Assembly: GCA_951406725.2 (NCBI GenBank)
Contig: OX597817.1
Location: 101,184,001 to 101,248,000, forward strand
Direction of reading: 5' to 3'
Source of the DNA: Octopus vulgaris
Lineage: Eukaryota
DNA: 64,000 nucleotides
A program made the position numbers and the translations under genes. Below, piece after piece: positions 52,893 through 64,000 of this stretch. Positions within the stretch are counted from its first letter, which is position 1. The number at the start of each line of letters is the position of its first letter. The notes below the pieces were generated by a model. The model was given only the letters and a program-made list of their open reading frames with translations, did not search any database and was not told where the DNA came from.

Positions 52893-52893
<1 letters not shown>
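50314..52893 (+). mobile_element. ORF1-only Tx1/L1 derivative (HAL1-like), copy 2, with a duplicated 5' UTR segment
   Basis: ORF 51477-52139 with LEGRPPPKCYRCLESGHIKKNC, homologous to ORF1 at 19735-20547; DLAYIRDPEWPPQIGVEVI; 5' UTR repeat about 50365-50610 / 50975-51220; no ORF2. Confidence 0.8.
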
Positions 52894-52935
<42 letters not shown>

Positions 52936-52940
52936 ATATA

Positions 52941-53000
<60 letters not shown>

Positions 53001-53002
<2 letters not shown>

Positions 53003-53747
53003 TGAGAAATTTGGTTTGTGAAAGCACGTGGTTGAATATATAGAAAATAGTAAAAAATGAAAAAACTACAGAAGGCTTGTTTTAAAAGGTTAAAAAATAT
53101 ATATTTGAGTCAATATATCTGAAGAATGTTATAAATTTTTTTCTTACAATGACAGAGTTTAGAAGAAATGACCGGTTTCGCGTTCAGCTTTTCAAATTTC
53201 TTACATCGTTATGTTTACGTTGAGAAGAGTTATCGTTATATTTATGTTGAGAAGAGTTCCAGATAAGGGGAGGTAATAAGTGATTTCTTCCGGTGTAAGG
53301 GAGATAATCGCTTAAACTTTTTTGCCTTTCCTTTGGAGTGAATTTCTCTGTATAAGTATGTTGGAATGGTTAAGTCTGGGCTTGTACTTTTCAATGAAGA
53401 ATGTTTCCTTGTTTAGTCTAATTTGTGTTGGTGTTCCGATAGCACATTGGTAAAATGGAAAGATTAAAAATTGTGGTAGTAGTTGCTTTGCGCATTTCTC
53501 AATGTGCTCACTAAAGGGTATCATTCTGTATTCTGGGAATGCAATCTGTTGTCGATGCAGTGTGCATCTACGTCTGAGTGATAGTCCCGTGGATCTCACG
53601 TAGTCTTGGTGGCATAAATTATGTTTTCAGAGGCACAAGTAAAATTAGATTTGATCTTGAATTTCTGTCCCTCTTCAGACATATTGACTCAAATATATAT
53701 TTTTTAACCTTTTAAAACAAGCCTTCTGTAGTTTTTTCACTTTTTAC

Positions 53748-53751
<4 letters not shown>
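53001..53751 (-). mobile_element. Short 5'-truncated copy of the Neptune PLE (GIY-YIG C-terminal part plus pLTR) with a short inverted arm, in (TA)n
   Basis: STGLSLRRRCTLHRQQIAFPEYRMIPFSEHIEKC nearly identical to 24389-25234; arms about 53047-53124 / 53673-53751. Confidence 0.9.
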
Positions 53752-53799
<48 letters not shown>

Positions 53800-53804
<5 letters not shown>

Positions 53805-53980
53805 GTGTGTGTCTGTGTTTGTCACCCCACCATCGCTTGACAACCGATGTTGGTGTGTTCACGTCTCCGTAACTTAGAAGTTCCGCAAAAGAGTCCGATA
53901 TAAGAACTAGGCTTACAAAGAATAAGTCCTGGGTTTCATTTGGCCGCAGTTGGATGACTGAAACAAATAAAAGAGTAAAG
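53800..53980 (+). mobile_element. SINE family A 3' half
   Basis: CCACCATCGCTTGACAACCGATGTTGGTGTG..GACTGAAACAAATAAAAGAG. Confidence 0.8.
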
Positions 53981-54146
53981 AGATACATGCAATGATTCTA
54001 AAACCGAAACAATGTTGCTTTTAGCTGTCGAGAGATGTAATTTTATAATTAAAACTGAATTCAAAATTGAAATTTTGGAACTCCTTGTTTCATAAATAAG
54101 ACCAGTTTTCAACGCCTCACTGAAATAATTAAGTTTAGAAGTAACA

Positions 54147-54200
<54 letters not shown>

Positions 54201-54412
54201 CTTCCACTGCAAGTGGTCAAAGTAAAGTCATTGTTCAGTCATGCGTTGAAAGAAGAAATTTCATCTAGAGAAAATTTCTTTCTACACACACGCTGTGAGA
54301 TACGCACTCACAGATACATACATACATACATACATACATACATACATACATACATACATACATACATACATACATGCATGCATGCATACACATATACTGG
54401 GACCCTGGGATA

Positions 54413-54957
54413 TGTAACACACTGCCTAAATACCAATCTTGAGAAATTCGAAAACCGCAGATCTAATCTATCACCGGAACTGTAAAATTCTGTAAAACTT
54501 TCCAGAAGTTTAGCACTTGGATCTATATGAGCTTGCCTAGACATGCAACAATATGCATAAGAGTACACACATAAAGCAAAACATATAAATCTGCACACAT
54601 ACATACAAAGAAAAATACCTGTTGTAAATGTTGAAATCCAATGAAGGAAGTTTGGATCTAGGTTAGAAACTGGCTCTTACGCTATTGGCAAGAAATAGTG
54701 AACTGAACAATGACATACATATATACATACACACATAAAGCTTAAGATAAATGAAAAAGAGAATACCTACGCTGAACTATTGGGAAATCTGCAGTTCTTC
54801 TATCCAAATTACAACAAATGTTGCAATTAATGAAGTTGCCAGGAATTTTTTTTAAAGCTTTCTCGCCAGACCATGTTGCGAACTCGATAACAGAGTTCAA
54901 ATACGAACCAGACGAAGGAGGTACTTTCGAAGCATACTACAGAAGATATAAGCCAAT

Positions 54958-54961
<4 letters not shown>
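54413..54961 (+). mobile_element. Ty3/Gypsy (Mag-like) LTR retrotransposon relic: probable LTR and gag N-terminus, truncated at (TA)n
   Basis: FSPDHVANSITEFKYEPDEGGTFEAYYRRYKPIF resembles the FxYxPxxGxTFxxWYxRY gag N-terminal motif; LTR limits uncertain. Confidence 0.55.
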
Positions 54962-55024
<63 letters not shown>

Positions 55025-55030
<6 letters not shown>

Positions 55031-55660
55031 AGAGTTACCGTTAAGTGGTTAACTCTAGTGCTAAAATTTGTATTGTCTCCCTGGTTTTTTATGTGCTAAG
55101 CCACTTGGTGTTAAACTGATGGTATTATTAAATTAATATCTAATATTTCACCCTCATTTATGAATTTATAAATTTAATGATACTGCAGTAAATATTATAT
55201 GCAGTATTCGTTTCCACTAAATCTTACCATGCTTTTGGCGGGGAACCTAAATCACAACTATGTATGCAATCGATTGGACCGCATGGGTATTTGACGCTCG
55301 TGAGGGTCTAATAAATTGTATCGAAGACAAATGCTGCTGATGATTTATAGATAAATATGTGAGTATAATTGCATATTATATTGATAAAGAAACAATTGTT
55401 CAGCATTAATCTATCTTTTCGTTGTATTTCACTTTCCTTACGCTGAAGGTAATGTTATTTTTTTGTGGAAACAACTTCGGTGGCTATACCAGAATAAGGA
55501 GCTATTTTTAGCACTAGAGTTAACCACTTAACGGTAACTCTCTTATATTTATGTATAAATTTGTATTGTCTCCCTGGTTTTTTATGTGCTAAGCCACTTG
55601 GTGTTAAACTGATGGTATTATTAAATTAATATCTAATGTTTCACCCTCATTTATGAATAT
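55025..55660 (+). mobile_element. Retrozyme-like non-coding element: 493-bp unit, 102-bp terminal direct repeat, 42-bp inverted 5' cap, in (TA)n
   Basis: Direct repeat 55064-55165 / 55557-55658; inverted 55025-55066 / 55506-55547; canonical HHR inside; no ORF. Confidence 0.8.
55330..55407 (+). ncRNA. Type I hammerhead ribozyme, canonical core
   Basis: aatgctg-CTGATGA-tttat...ataaa-GAAAC-aatt-GTT-cagcatt: 7-bp stem I, palindromic stem III. Confidence 0.85.
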
Positions 55661-55704
55661 ATATATATTTTCCTTTATATATATAAAAGCAAGAGAATAT
55701 ATTC

Positions 55705-55945
55705 TTTTTCCTTTTCTTTTATCGTTTATTTGTTTCATTCATTACACTGCGGCTATGCTATGGCAGTGCCTTGAAAGACTTGAAGGACGGGCTTCTTTCA
55801 GTTTCCGTCAACCAAATCCACTTACACGATTTAGTTGCCCACGGGTCATAATATATGACAATTGCTCAAGACGCTACGCAATTTGTTAGAACCAAAGACC
55901 ACGTGGTTTGGAAGCAAGCTTCTTAACCGCACAGTCACGCCAGAG
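55705..55945 (-). mobile_element. SINE family A, internally deleted
   Basis: GGGCTTCTTTCAGTTTCCGTCAACCAAATCCACT..AAGCAAGCTTCTTAACCGCACAG. Confidence 0.7.
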
Positions 55946-56381
55946 CTATGAACGTGTATGCGTGTAAAAAACAGAAAGAGAGAATTAGATATACTTGAAT
56001 AGATAAAAAATTAATTAACTGACTCAACGAATGCTTAGATTTATCCGTCGATGTCTTCGTCTCAAGCATCTGTTCCTGCTGTCATCTATAATTGGTCAAA
56101 TCAAATCGAATTTACAGCCAACTTTATATTAGTACCTACCATACATATTCAAACTAGATCTATGCTATATCTATTCGAATATTTTATTGTGATTTGGTAT
56201 TATTACAATGGCAATTTAGAAAATAAAAGTAATAAACACTACTTCCTTTGAAGTATTTTTTTATTTTAATCTATCTTTTTATGTTTGAATATTATGTAAA
56301 GGATATAAATAATTTTGATAATAGATATCTGCATACTAATTCCAGAATATTAAATGAAATTGTAGATATATTCTCCGAAGT

Positions 56382-59300
56382 TATCAGACAGTAAAAAGTA
56401 ACATTTGGAAACGTGAAATTCATCACAATATATTTCAACAATGTGAAAATTTTATTCTTCAAATTAAGTACCATTACAATCAACACATTTTTGCCAACGT
56501 ATTAGAAGTTTGTTTATTCCGGAGCTGAAGTTCTGGAGCTGATGAACTTTTTGAACGCACTTTCTGCATCGGTTTGATTTTTGAACTCCTCTCTCAGGAA
56601 ACGATCATGGTGCTTGAAAAGCGGTAGCTGGTAGGAGAAAGGTCTGGGGAATAAGGTGGGTGGGAAAGAACTTCGTAGCCAAGTTCCTTCAACTTCTGGA
56701 GCGTCATTAGTGAAACGTGTGGTCGAGTATTGTCATGAAGAATGAATGTCTCTCTTCTGTTGACCAGTCTGGGACAGAGAAGTCGCAGTTTTTTGTTCAT
56801 TTTGGCAATTTCATGGCAATATGTTTCTATAGTAATGGTTTTTCCGGGATGTATGAAGTTATAGTGGATAAGTCCAGCAGTACATCACCAAACAGTCACC
56901 ATAACCTTCTTCTTGAAGGGCTCGGGTTTAGAGAAGGTTTTTGGTGCTTCATTTTGGCCCAGCCACCGCGAAGAGTGTTTTTATTATTGTACAGAACCCA
57001 CTTTTCATCGCAAATTTCATATCTGCGCACTTTCTGATTTTCATTCAAACGTGCGATACCCATTTATCGAGCTTTTTTTATTTTCCTTTCGCATGCAAAT
57101 GGTTGCAGGCAGTTTTCTGGCTAACTTGAAGTGCTTTTGCCAGTTCTCGGGTGGTTTTACGTGGATCTTTCTCAATGTTGGTTTTTAATTGACCGTCATC
57201 GATAACAGATGAGCGTCCACTACGCTCACGATCTTCAAGGCTCAGGTCTCCACTACGATATCGTTTAAGCCATGTTCGAGCTGATCACTTACTGGTCATT
57301 TCCTCAGCAAACATTTCGTTGATATCGCGAGTAGTTTCAGCTGCTTTACGTCCTTTATTGAAGTCGATCAGCAAAATTGCTTGAATATCATGCTTTGACA
57401 ATTCCATTTCAGATGTTTGTAACAAATATTTCTTTATTGCTCTCAGGGGGCCAAACATAGAGAGGACGATACAAATGAGGGAGGGGGTCGATAAAATGGT
57501 TCTTCTAAAAATTATATAAATCGGATGATAACAGATAATAACACATACAATGAAGTGGAAGACGGGTTTAGCTTCGACCCTGCAAGCCCCGCGCCTCCAC
57601 TGTAACCTTTTGTGTATACTTATAGAAATACTATGTGGGTTCATTCATTTTTAACAAACTCGCTACTGCCTTACACTTTTTTCCATATACATCAGGTGGC
57701 ATGCATTTTCTCTCCACCCCTATTTTCCTCTTAGGTTGGAAATGAAGATGTCTGTCATAATTCTTTTCACGTGGGTCTTCCATACTACTTCTTTCGCTAT
57801 AGCGACCACAGCGAGAAAACAAGCCTTGCCTTTTTTGTTAAAAGAGCGAGGAGGAACAATCTTTACAATCGATTCGGAAGACAGTTGTACTCTTCCCAGT
57901 AACGACAGCAGGTGTTCAACGGAAACACATATTTCCGAAATTTGGGAGCATTGCACAATCGCGTGCAGAACGGTTTCCCCGTCCTGCTCGCATCTTGGGC
58001 ACATGAGTGAACAAGGGGCACCATGCCTTGCGAGTATATCGCGAGTTTTAGCTGCGAGAAAGGCGCTTAACAATTACCCCGAGGCCAAAAACGAAGGGTG
58101 CGTGGTCAGGGCTAAGCAACGTGCAATGGGTCGGGAAGGAATCAAGGCTGCGGGATGGGATCGTGTGATAGAGACCCACAGATCTGGGTATAAACACATT
58201 CTGTTGCCAGTTGGTGAAGATGCATGCTAGTAGGTGACCGTCCATCTCATTCCTTTTGTTTTTCGTCCGGGGCTTGCGAGGTGTCGTTGACTAGGTCCCC
58301 AAACATTAGAGGGGAAAAGTCTTTCCTCAAAGGGCCCATGTCGTCTTTAGATCGATTTGCCAACATGTTGTAATTGGCTCAGTCTATTTTATAGATAGCA
58401 ATGTTTTGAAGGATGTTTTTCCCCTCGTAGTCTTTGGTTACGTTGGCCGCATTTCGTATGTCGTTTATTCGCTTCAGTATTGGCGACTAACAAGTCACTA
58501 CTGCAGTATAATCCATGTCTAGATGGGTGGGGAACATTTTGGGCTGGGATTTTGTTTTGTAGTTGTGTGATCTGTTTGTTGTTTTGTTTTGTTTTGATGT
58601 AGGGCTAGTGGGGTTGGATGGCGACGGTCTTTTTCTATATTTTTTCTGGAGAAAATTTCCCTCCTTTCTCCTTGGGCTTCCTCTATCTCCTCTTCCTCTG
58701 TTTCATTTTCCGAAATTTCATCCTGCTTTTCACCTGCAGCTTCTCTTCATTTTTCTTCAAGTGGGAAGTCGCTGCTTTTTCGGGAGGAGGTTTTCACTCG
58801 GCCCTAATGTGGCCTTTATGGCCTCACTTGTAGCAACAAGGCATCCTCTCCTCTACCGTGACTCACAGCTTAGTCTCCCCCACCCGCAAGTTTCTATATT
58901 TTCTAAACCAGCCTGGGCAGTCTGTATAATTATTTCGAGGCCTTGCCCCCGCCAATTCTGCAGTCCAAGCGCTGAGTCTTGGAGAATTGTGATCTTATCC
59001 TCCAAGTCGCTTATTATGGCTACCACTAACCTAACGGGATCTACTTCGGGTGAGATGTCTCCTACCTTAACCTTGGAAGTCCGTCTTCGTAGATAAATAT
59101 GTAGGAGAACCACCCCTGCAGTTTTTGGCTCTGTTGATGCTTGTTTTGACTTTTCCTCGATTTTAAAACGAACTTCTATTGTGGCATACTTCACTCCTCT
59201 TGTGATGTATGTTACGTTGTTTCAAACTGGACGGAGGCACAGCTCCACCGCCTCTTGCGTTATCCAGTTGTTTTTTTTTTTTTTTTGCTTTGGTCACAAA

Positions 59301-59998
59301 TGATTTATATATCACGGTGCACCACAGTGCATTCGGTGTCATTTCACCGGGACGGGTAATCGCTGTTCGCTCCCCTCCCTTTTCATCATGCCTTTCCAAG
59401 CGCTTCGCTTCCACAATTCATTGTCTTTTTTGAAACACCGGCCGCTGCTGAAAAATTGCTAGCTTTTCTTCCTTGCATAAACTCTTGGCAAGCTAATCAA
59501 AATTGTGCTGCTTTCTCCCCTTCTGATATCTTCACTTGTACCAGGTTCACTACTTGGTTTTAATTTGTTCCTTTTTTTTCTTTTCTTTTCTTTTTTTTTT
59601 TTTTTGAAAAATACAACAATATTTCCCCACTTCACACAAGGGAAGAAAACGTTAATAAAGGTCTGCCACAAGCAGAAAAATAGGATTTTTTTAAAAAGTA
59701 CTCAGCAAAAGTTCAACAACGTAATAAATCAAGAGTAATAATTCTACAATTAAACACAAATATTACAACTTCCGTCTAACTTTTCGAACAACGCCACAAG
59801 CATCCACGAACAAGTCGAGAGAGATGATTATAACAATGGTGAAAAAAATATCAATGTTAATTTATCGATGCATTTGGGCAAGTCTATATCTGTATTATCA
59901 GACAATTTCAAAAAAATGTTTTGAAATTCATAACTACAAAAATCCGGTACAAATTCTTCATGGTTCAAAAAGTTGCTTACTTTTTACTCAACCTGATA
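56382..59998 (-). mobile_element. Mariner (cecropia/Hsmar1-like) element, degenerate, interrupted by a Tx1-like LINE
   Basis: MELSKHDIQAILLIDFNKGRKAAETTRDIN; LHDNTRPHVS..LSHPPYSPDLSP; TIR TATCAGGTTGAGTAAAAAGTAAGCA (59998-59974) and degraded partner TATCAGACAGTAAAAAGTAA at 56382. Confidence 0.85.
57426..59821 (-). mobile_element. Heavily deleted Tx1-like element with an internal inversion and imperfect 15-bp TSD
   Basis: TSD AGATGTTTGTAACAA (57411-57425) / AGATGATTATAACAA (59822-59836); CPRCEQDGETVLHAIVQC zinc finger; ORF1 KYATIEVRF..; + strand piece EGCVVRAK at about 58045-58190. Confidence 0.8.
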
Positions 59999-60049
59999 AT
60001 TGAGGATTCAGTCTTGTATGTGGGTATTCAAAAATATATACACAAATAC

Positions 60050-60133
60050 ATACTACACACGCACGCACGGACACACGCAAACACACACATAATTATATAT
60101 ATACATACGAACATGCATACTACATACAATCAT

Positions 60134-60202
<69 letters not shown>

Positions 60203-60376
60203 CATATATACATGCATACATTCATATATACATACATATATATATATATATATGCATACATACATACATACATACATACATACGTACGTACGTACGTACA
60301 TACATACATACATACATACATACATACATACATACATACATACATACATACATACATACATACATACATACATACA
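60050..60376. repeat. Compound (CA)/(TA)/(CATA)n microsatellite
   Basis: Seen directly. Confidence 0.95.
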
Positions 60377-61599
60377 TTAAGATAACTTTAGTATATTTCG
60401 AAATGCCTCGAAATTTATTCACTGTCTCTAAAATACAATTAAATAGTCCGCTGTCAACTGATAAGCTTTATTATTTTAAAATTCTTTGGCTCCAGTAAGC
60501 GCCTGCTTCGTAAAATATCGAACATCAGAGCATACATCATTCAAAGAATCATTTAGTGATATATATTTAGATATTTTGTGCAATTCTCAATAATCGGACA
60601 AGATGTTGCTGTCATGAAATAATTCATATATTTATTGAAATTCAGTTTTGTTTTTACTGGGACGAAATATTAAACCAACAGGGAACCCTCTGAGATTGTT
60701 TTTTAATTGATTATTACTATGAAACTTTCAGCGTATCTGTTTCTCTATTTACAGTAAATAACTCGAAAAATTATTTCACTAACTTTTAGCAGACAAGTTT
60801 CCTATTAATGAAATTACACAAACTAATTTCTTAAGAAATGATTTTCTATAATGAAGCAAAACATAATTATATTTTTTCTAAATAACTGAGAAATTCCACG
60901 TTTGTAGAAAGGAAACGAAGATTAAATAAATTCCAAGAATAAAAGCGAAGCAAAAGAGTGAATTTCAAAGAAAATTAATATCAGATATGCAAGTATGTTA
61001 TTCTTGAAAGAGATTCTCAGAGATAGCGACAATTTTATGTATCATACCATAGTTTGATTCAAAACAAATTTTACAGAGCTAAATTCAAAGAATATAATTT
61101 TTATGACAAACAAATACACATATAATTGATATATGCATATATAAGTAAACGACAATTATATACGAAGAATTTCTGTCTTGCATTTAACAACATAAATAAC
61201 TTAAATACGTATTAAGTAATTAAGATTTTCATATAAATATTATCAATGCACTATAATACAAACAATGACATATAGTGCATTGTTGTACCATTCAAAACAA
61301 CTCTTTATAAATATTATCATTTTCACACGATGTTAATAATGTGGATTAGACGAATTCATGGAAAATTCCGAAGGAAAGTTAATGAAGTTTCCGAAATTTT
61401 AATAAGGACTTATATATGAATCAGAAGGATCGCATCAGACGGTAGCTTCTTTCAAATTCAAAGTTTCCCTTTAAAATCGAGATACATAAGAAATGTTCCC
61501 TGATTCTGAGTCATTAAATCTAAAGCTTAAATGCTAAGCAATGTTAAATCTTTGAATGAGAAATAAACGGTAGCCATACGGAATCGTAAAATATAATTT

Positions 61600-61995
61600 C
61601 CAACTAAATGTAGTGGTCCCATAGAGGACGATGCTACTGTTGTTTTTAGCCCCAAACGGACGTCTCCTCCAGCTGGCTAACGACACACCGTCTATGTCCA
61701 ATTAGTATTTGCGAGGGGAAATCATCGTTCCAATCTGTACGTGATACACACACACCCGGGTTTCTGGATACTAACCCATCATCTTCGTTAACACGCGGAG
61801 GATTCAATTAGAATCCCCCGTGTGTTAACGTGGGCCTCTTAGAGACAATGTAAACTTCATTTAATCAAGGCAACCTTGGACTGAAAAGTAGCTTGCGACA
61901 TACACTTCGCTTGGATATTTACCACGTCCGTGGTTTCACTCGCTAGGAAATATATCTAGCCCGGATTTTATCTTCTCTATTCCTTAACTCTTGGA
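61600..61995 (-). mobile_element. Diverged relative of the 15.2/21.0 kb small element (conserved RNA motif plus degenerate HHR), next to (TA)n
   Basis: Collinear blocks TACTGT, TAGCCCCAA, AGCTGGCT, GACAC..TGTCC, AGTATTTGC, GTGATAC, GTTTC.GGA shared with 15274-15413. Confidence 0.7.
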
Positions 61996-62078
61996 TATAT
62001 ATATATATATACGGTATGTTCTATATATGTGTGTGTGTGTGTGAAAATATATATAAATTTAAATGTATGTGTAGGTAA

Positions 62079-62110
<32 letters not shown>

Positions 62111-62115
<5 letters not shown>

Positions 62116-62417
62116 GGTTGTATACTGTCAATCTAACAAGAACGTGACAGTAGGGGGTACACCACCGTTATATAGCCTAGGAGGCATCGAACGCCTCCTG
62201 ACAGCTTCGACACATTTTATCATGTGTCCTTATATACACATACGAACACAGGATAAAATGTGTCGAAGCTGTCAGGAGGCGTTCGATGCCTCCTAGGGCT
62301 ATATAACGGTGGTGTACCCCCTACTGTCACGTTCTTGTTAGATTGACAGTATACAACCATTATATCGCTCCACCACCGTACACCTCTCTACGAGAGATTT
62401 AGAAACTCAATATTTCT

Positions 62418-62418
<1 letters not shown>
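62111..62418. mobile_element. Fold-back element (about 117-bp arms 62111-62227 / 62246-62363) in (TA)n, carrying the conserved RNA motif
   Basis: Near-perfect inverted repeat seen directly; TA arrays on both sides. Confidence 0.8.
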
Positions 62419-62516
<98 letters not shown>

Positions 62517-62699
62517 TGTACGTATGTATGTGCGTGTGCATGTGCATGTGTATGCGTGTACGTGTCCGAGCGTTAAATGTTAAAGCCCAGCTAAGGAGAA
62601 TTGCATGTGTTACCAACCATGAAGAAAAAAATCAGCAATACAAAGAAATGAAATACTAATCCCTTTTAAACGGCAACCACTTTAACAGTACCAGAATCA

Positions 62700-63012
62700 C
62701 CATCCCACTACATCTATACATTCAAAGCAGTTTACCAACGGTCGGTCAGTAACAGCACACCCTGATAAGCTCAGAGGCTACTACTAAATTCAGACCACGA
62801 CAGACAGGATGTTCCTGAAGCCGAAGATTATAAACTTACGGAGAAAATATTTACATATCGCCTGAGGAAACACAACTAGGTCTCATAATGCAGGGAAACA
62901 GTTGCATAATCACGTACCTGCACACTTGGAGAATTACGTTGCGTGGAAACAATTGTATTGATTAAAAAATAAATGTCCAACCGTACTCCTTGTTGACTCC
63001 AGTTTTTTCAAT
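62700..63012 (+). mobile_element. Degenerate PLE 3' end with hammerhead remnant
   Basis: CTGAGGA (62862)-aacacaac...gttgcgtg-GAAAC-aatt-GTA (62957), AATAAA, then (TA)n. Confidence 0.55.
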
Positions 63013-64000
63013 TATATATATATATGTTCTTTTTTAATACATATCTGAATAAATGGTCTTTTGAGAGATTGGCATTAATCTCAGACAATGTAATCTATCA
63101 TAGGCATAGGCAAGATTGTGTAGTCAGGAATTTCGCCCTACACCTAATTAACGCGTCATACCACAAGGAAGAGCAATGTGTATGTATGTATGTATGTATG
63201 TATGTATGTATGTATGTATGTATGTATTATGTATGTATAGTTTTCAAGTGTACATGCTTTTGACCTCGATGTGTATATAGACTCTATGATCAAACTAAAA
63301 AGTTCTCACTGCAGATGGAACCGAAGAGTTATTTTATTAAGTTTCACCTTGTCGACTTGTTGAGAACCTCTAGTTTATTTATTCCACTGGTAATCAGAGT
63401 AACGCAATCATCCACAATGTAAACAAAGAATCAAAACTTTTCTTTAGTTTACGTGAATAAAATTTTCATGTTTTTAAAGCCAAGAGAACGAACCTCTGCT
63501 ATGTTTATACAACGTTCAAACTGTATCAAAAAGTTTTATATTGGTTATGTTCTTCTTTCAAAGGTGTTTATAATTTATCCCATCGACAAAACCAAGTTAA
63601 ATGACTTATTTAAATATGTCTCAGAGATAGTTATTCTTTTCTTTTTACTTGCTTCAGTCATTAGACTATGACCATGCCGGAGCAAACTCTTGAAGTTATG
63701 ATAATGATAATGTTTTTGGAATTCTACATTTGTAATCCTCAATTGCTGCGGATTACCCATTAGTGTAAATGAACACAACCTTGTATGCGAAGCAAACAAC
63801 TAGTCTGCGTATACATTCTTACATAAAATTGATAGAACACTTCATTCACTTTTCTTCACCGAAGCTCTTGAAATATATCAGGGCTGTATAAATATCTAAA
63901 TTTACAGCTTTAACATCTAGGATTTGGAAGTATCACACCTGAATCCAAGCTGCACTTAAACAAAGCATCTAGGAAATTCAACTTGCCAGAAAAAGCAGCC

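Noticed and set aside
61632-61712. HDV-like, pistol, hatchet, H/ACA or SECIS assignment for the conserved motif
   Set aside because: Required elements (P1.1 GG, pistol pseudoknot, hatchet strand order, ANANNA H box, AUGA/GA quartet) are missing or not shared by all copies.

Overview
Eukaryotic, AT- and microsatellite-rich DNA made almost entirely of transposable elements. The tRNA-derived SINE families and the (TA)n/(CA)n/(GATA)n load strongly suggest an octopus (coleoid cephalopod) genome; this is an inference from recognised repeat sequences. No intact host gene is certain. One phase-compatible set of minus-strand exon candidates lies at about 37.8-39.9 kb. Contents: (1) a full-length, mildly disrupted L1/Tx1-clade LINE with a 14-bp TSD, two deleted relatives and two ORF1-only (HAL1-like) relatives; (2) a Neptune-type Penelope-like element (PLE; RT plus C-terminal GIY-YIG) and many small (TA)n-embedded, fold-back PLE/pLTR or retrozyme-like elements carrying minimal type I hammerhead ribozymes (HHR); (3) RTE, R4/Dong and Gypsy relics; (4) mariner, hAT/Buster and Helitron relics; (5) three SINE families. 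The most novel-looking signal is a covarying RNA structure (GGACAY..GTGTC hairpin plus AGCY..GGCT helix capped by a variable hairpin, then ACRGT). It is shared by three otherwise divergent (TA)n-associated non-coding elements, and I cannot match it to a known ribozyme class. Coordinates were read by eye and may be off by a few bases.
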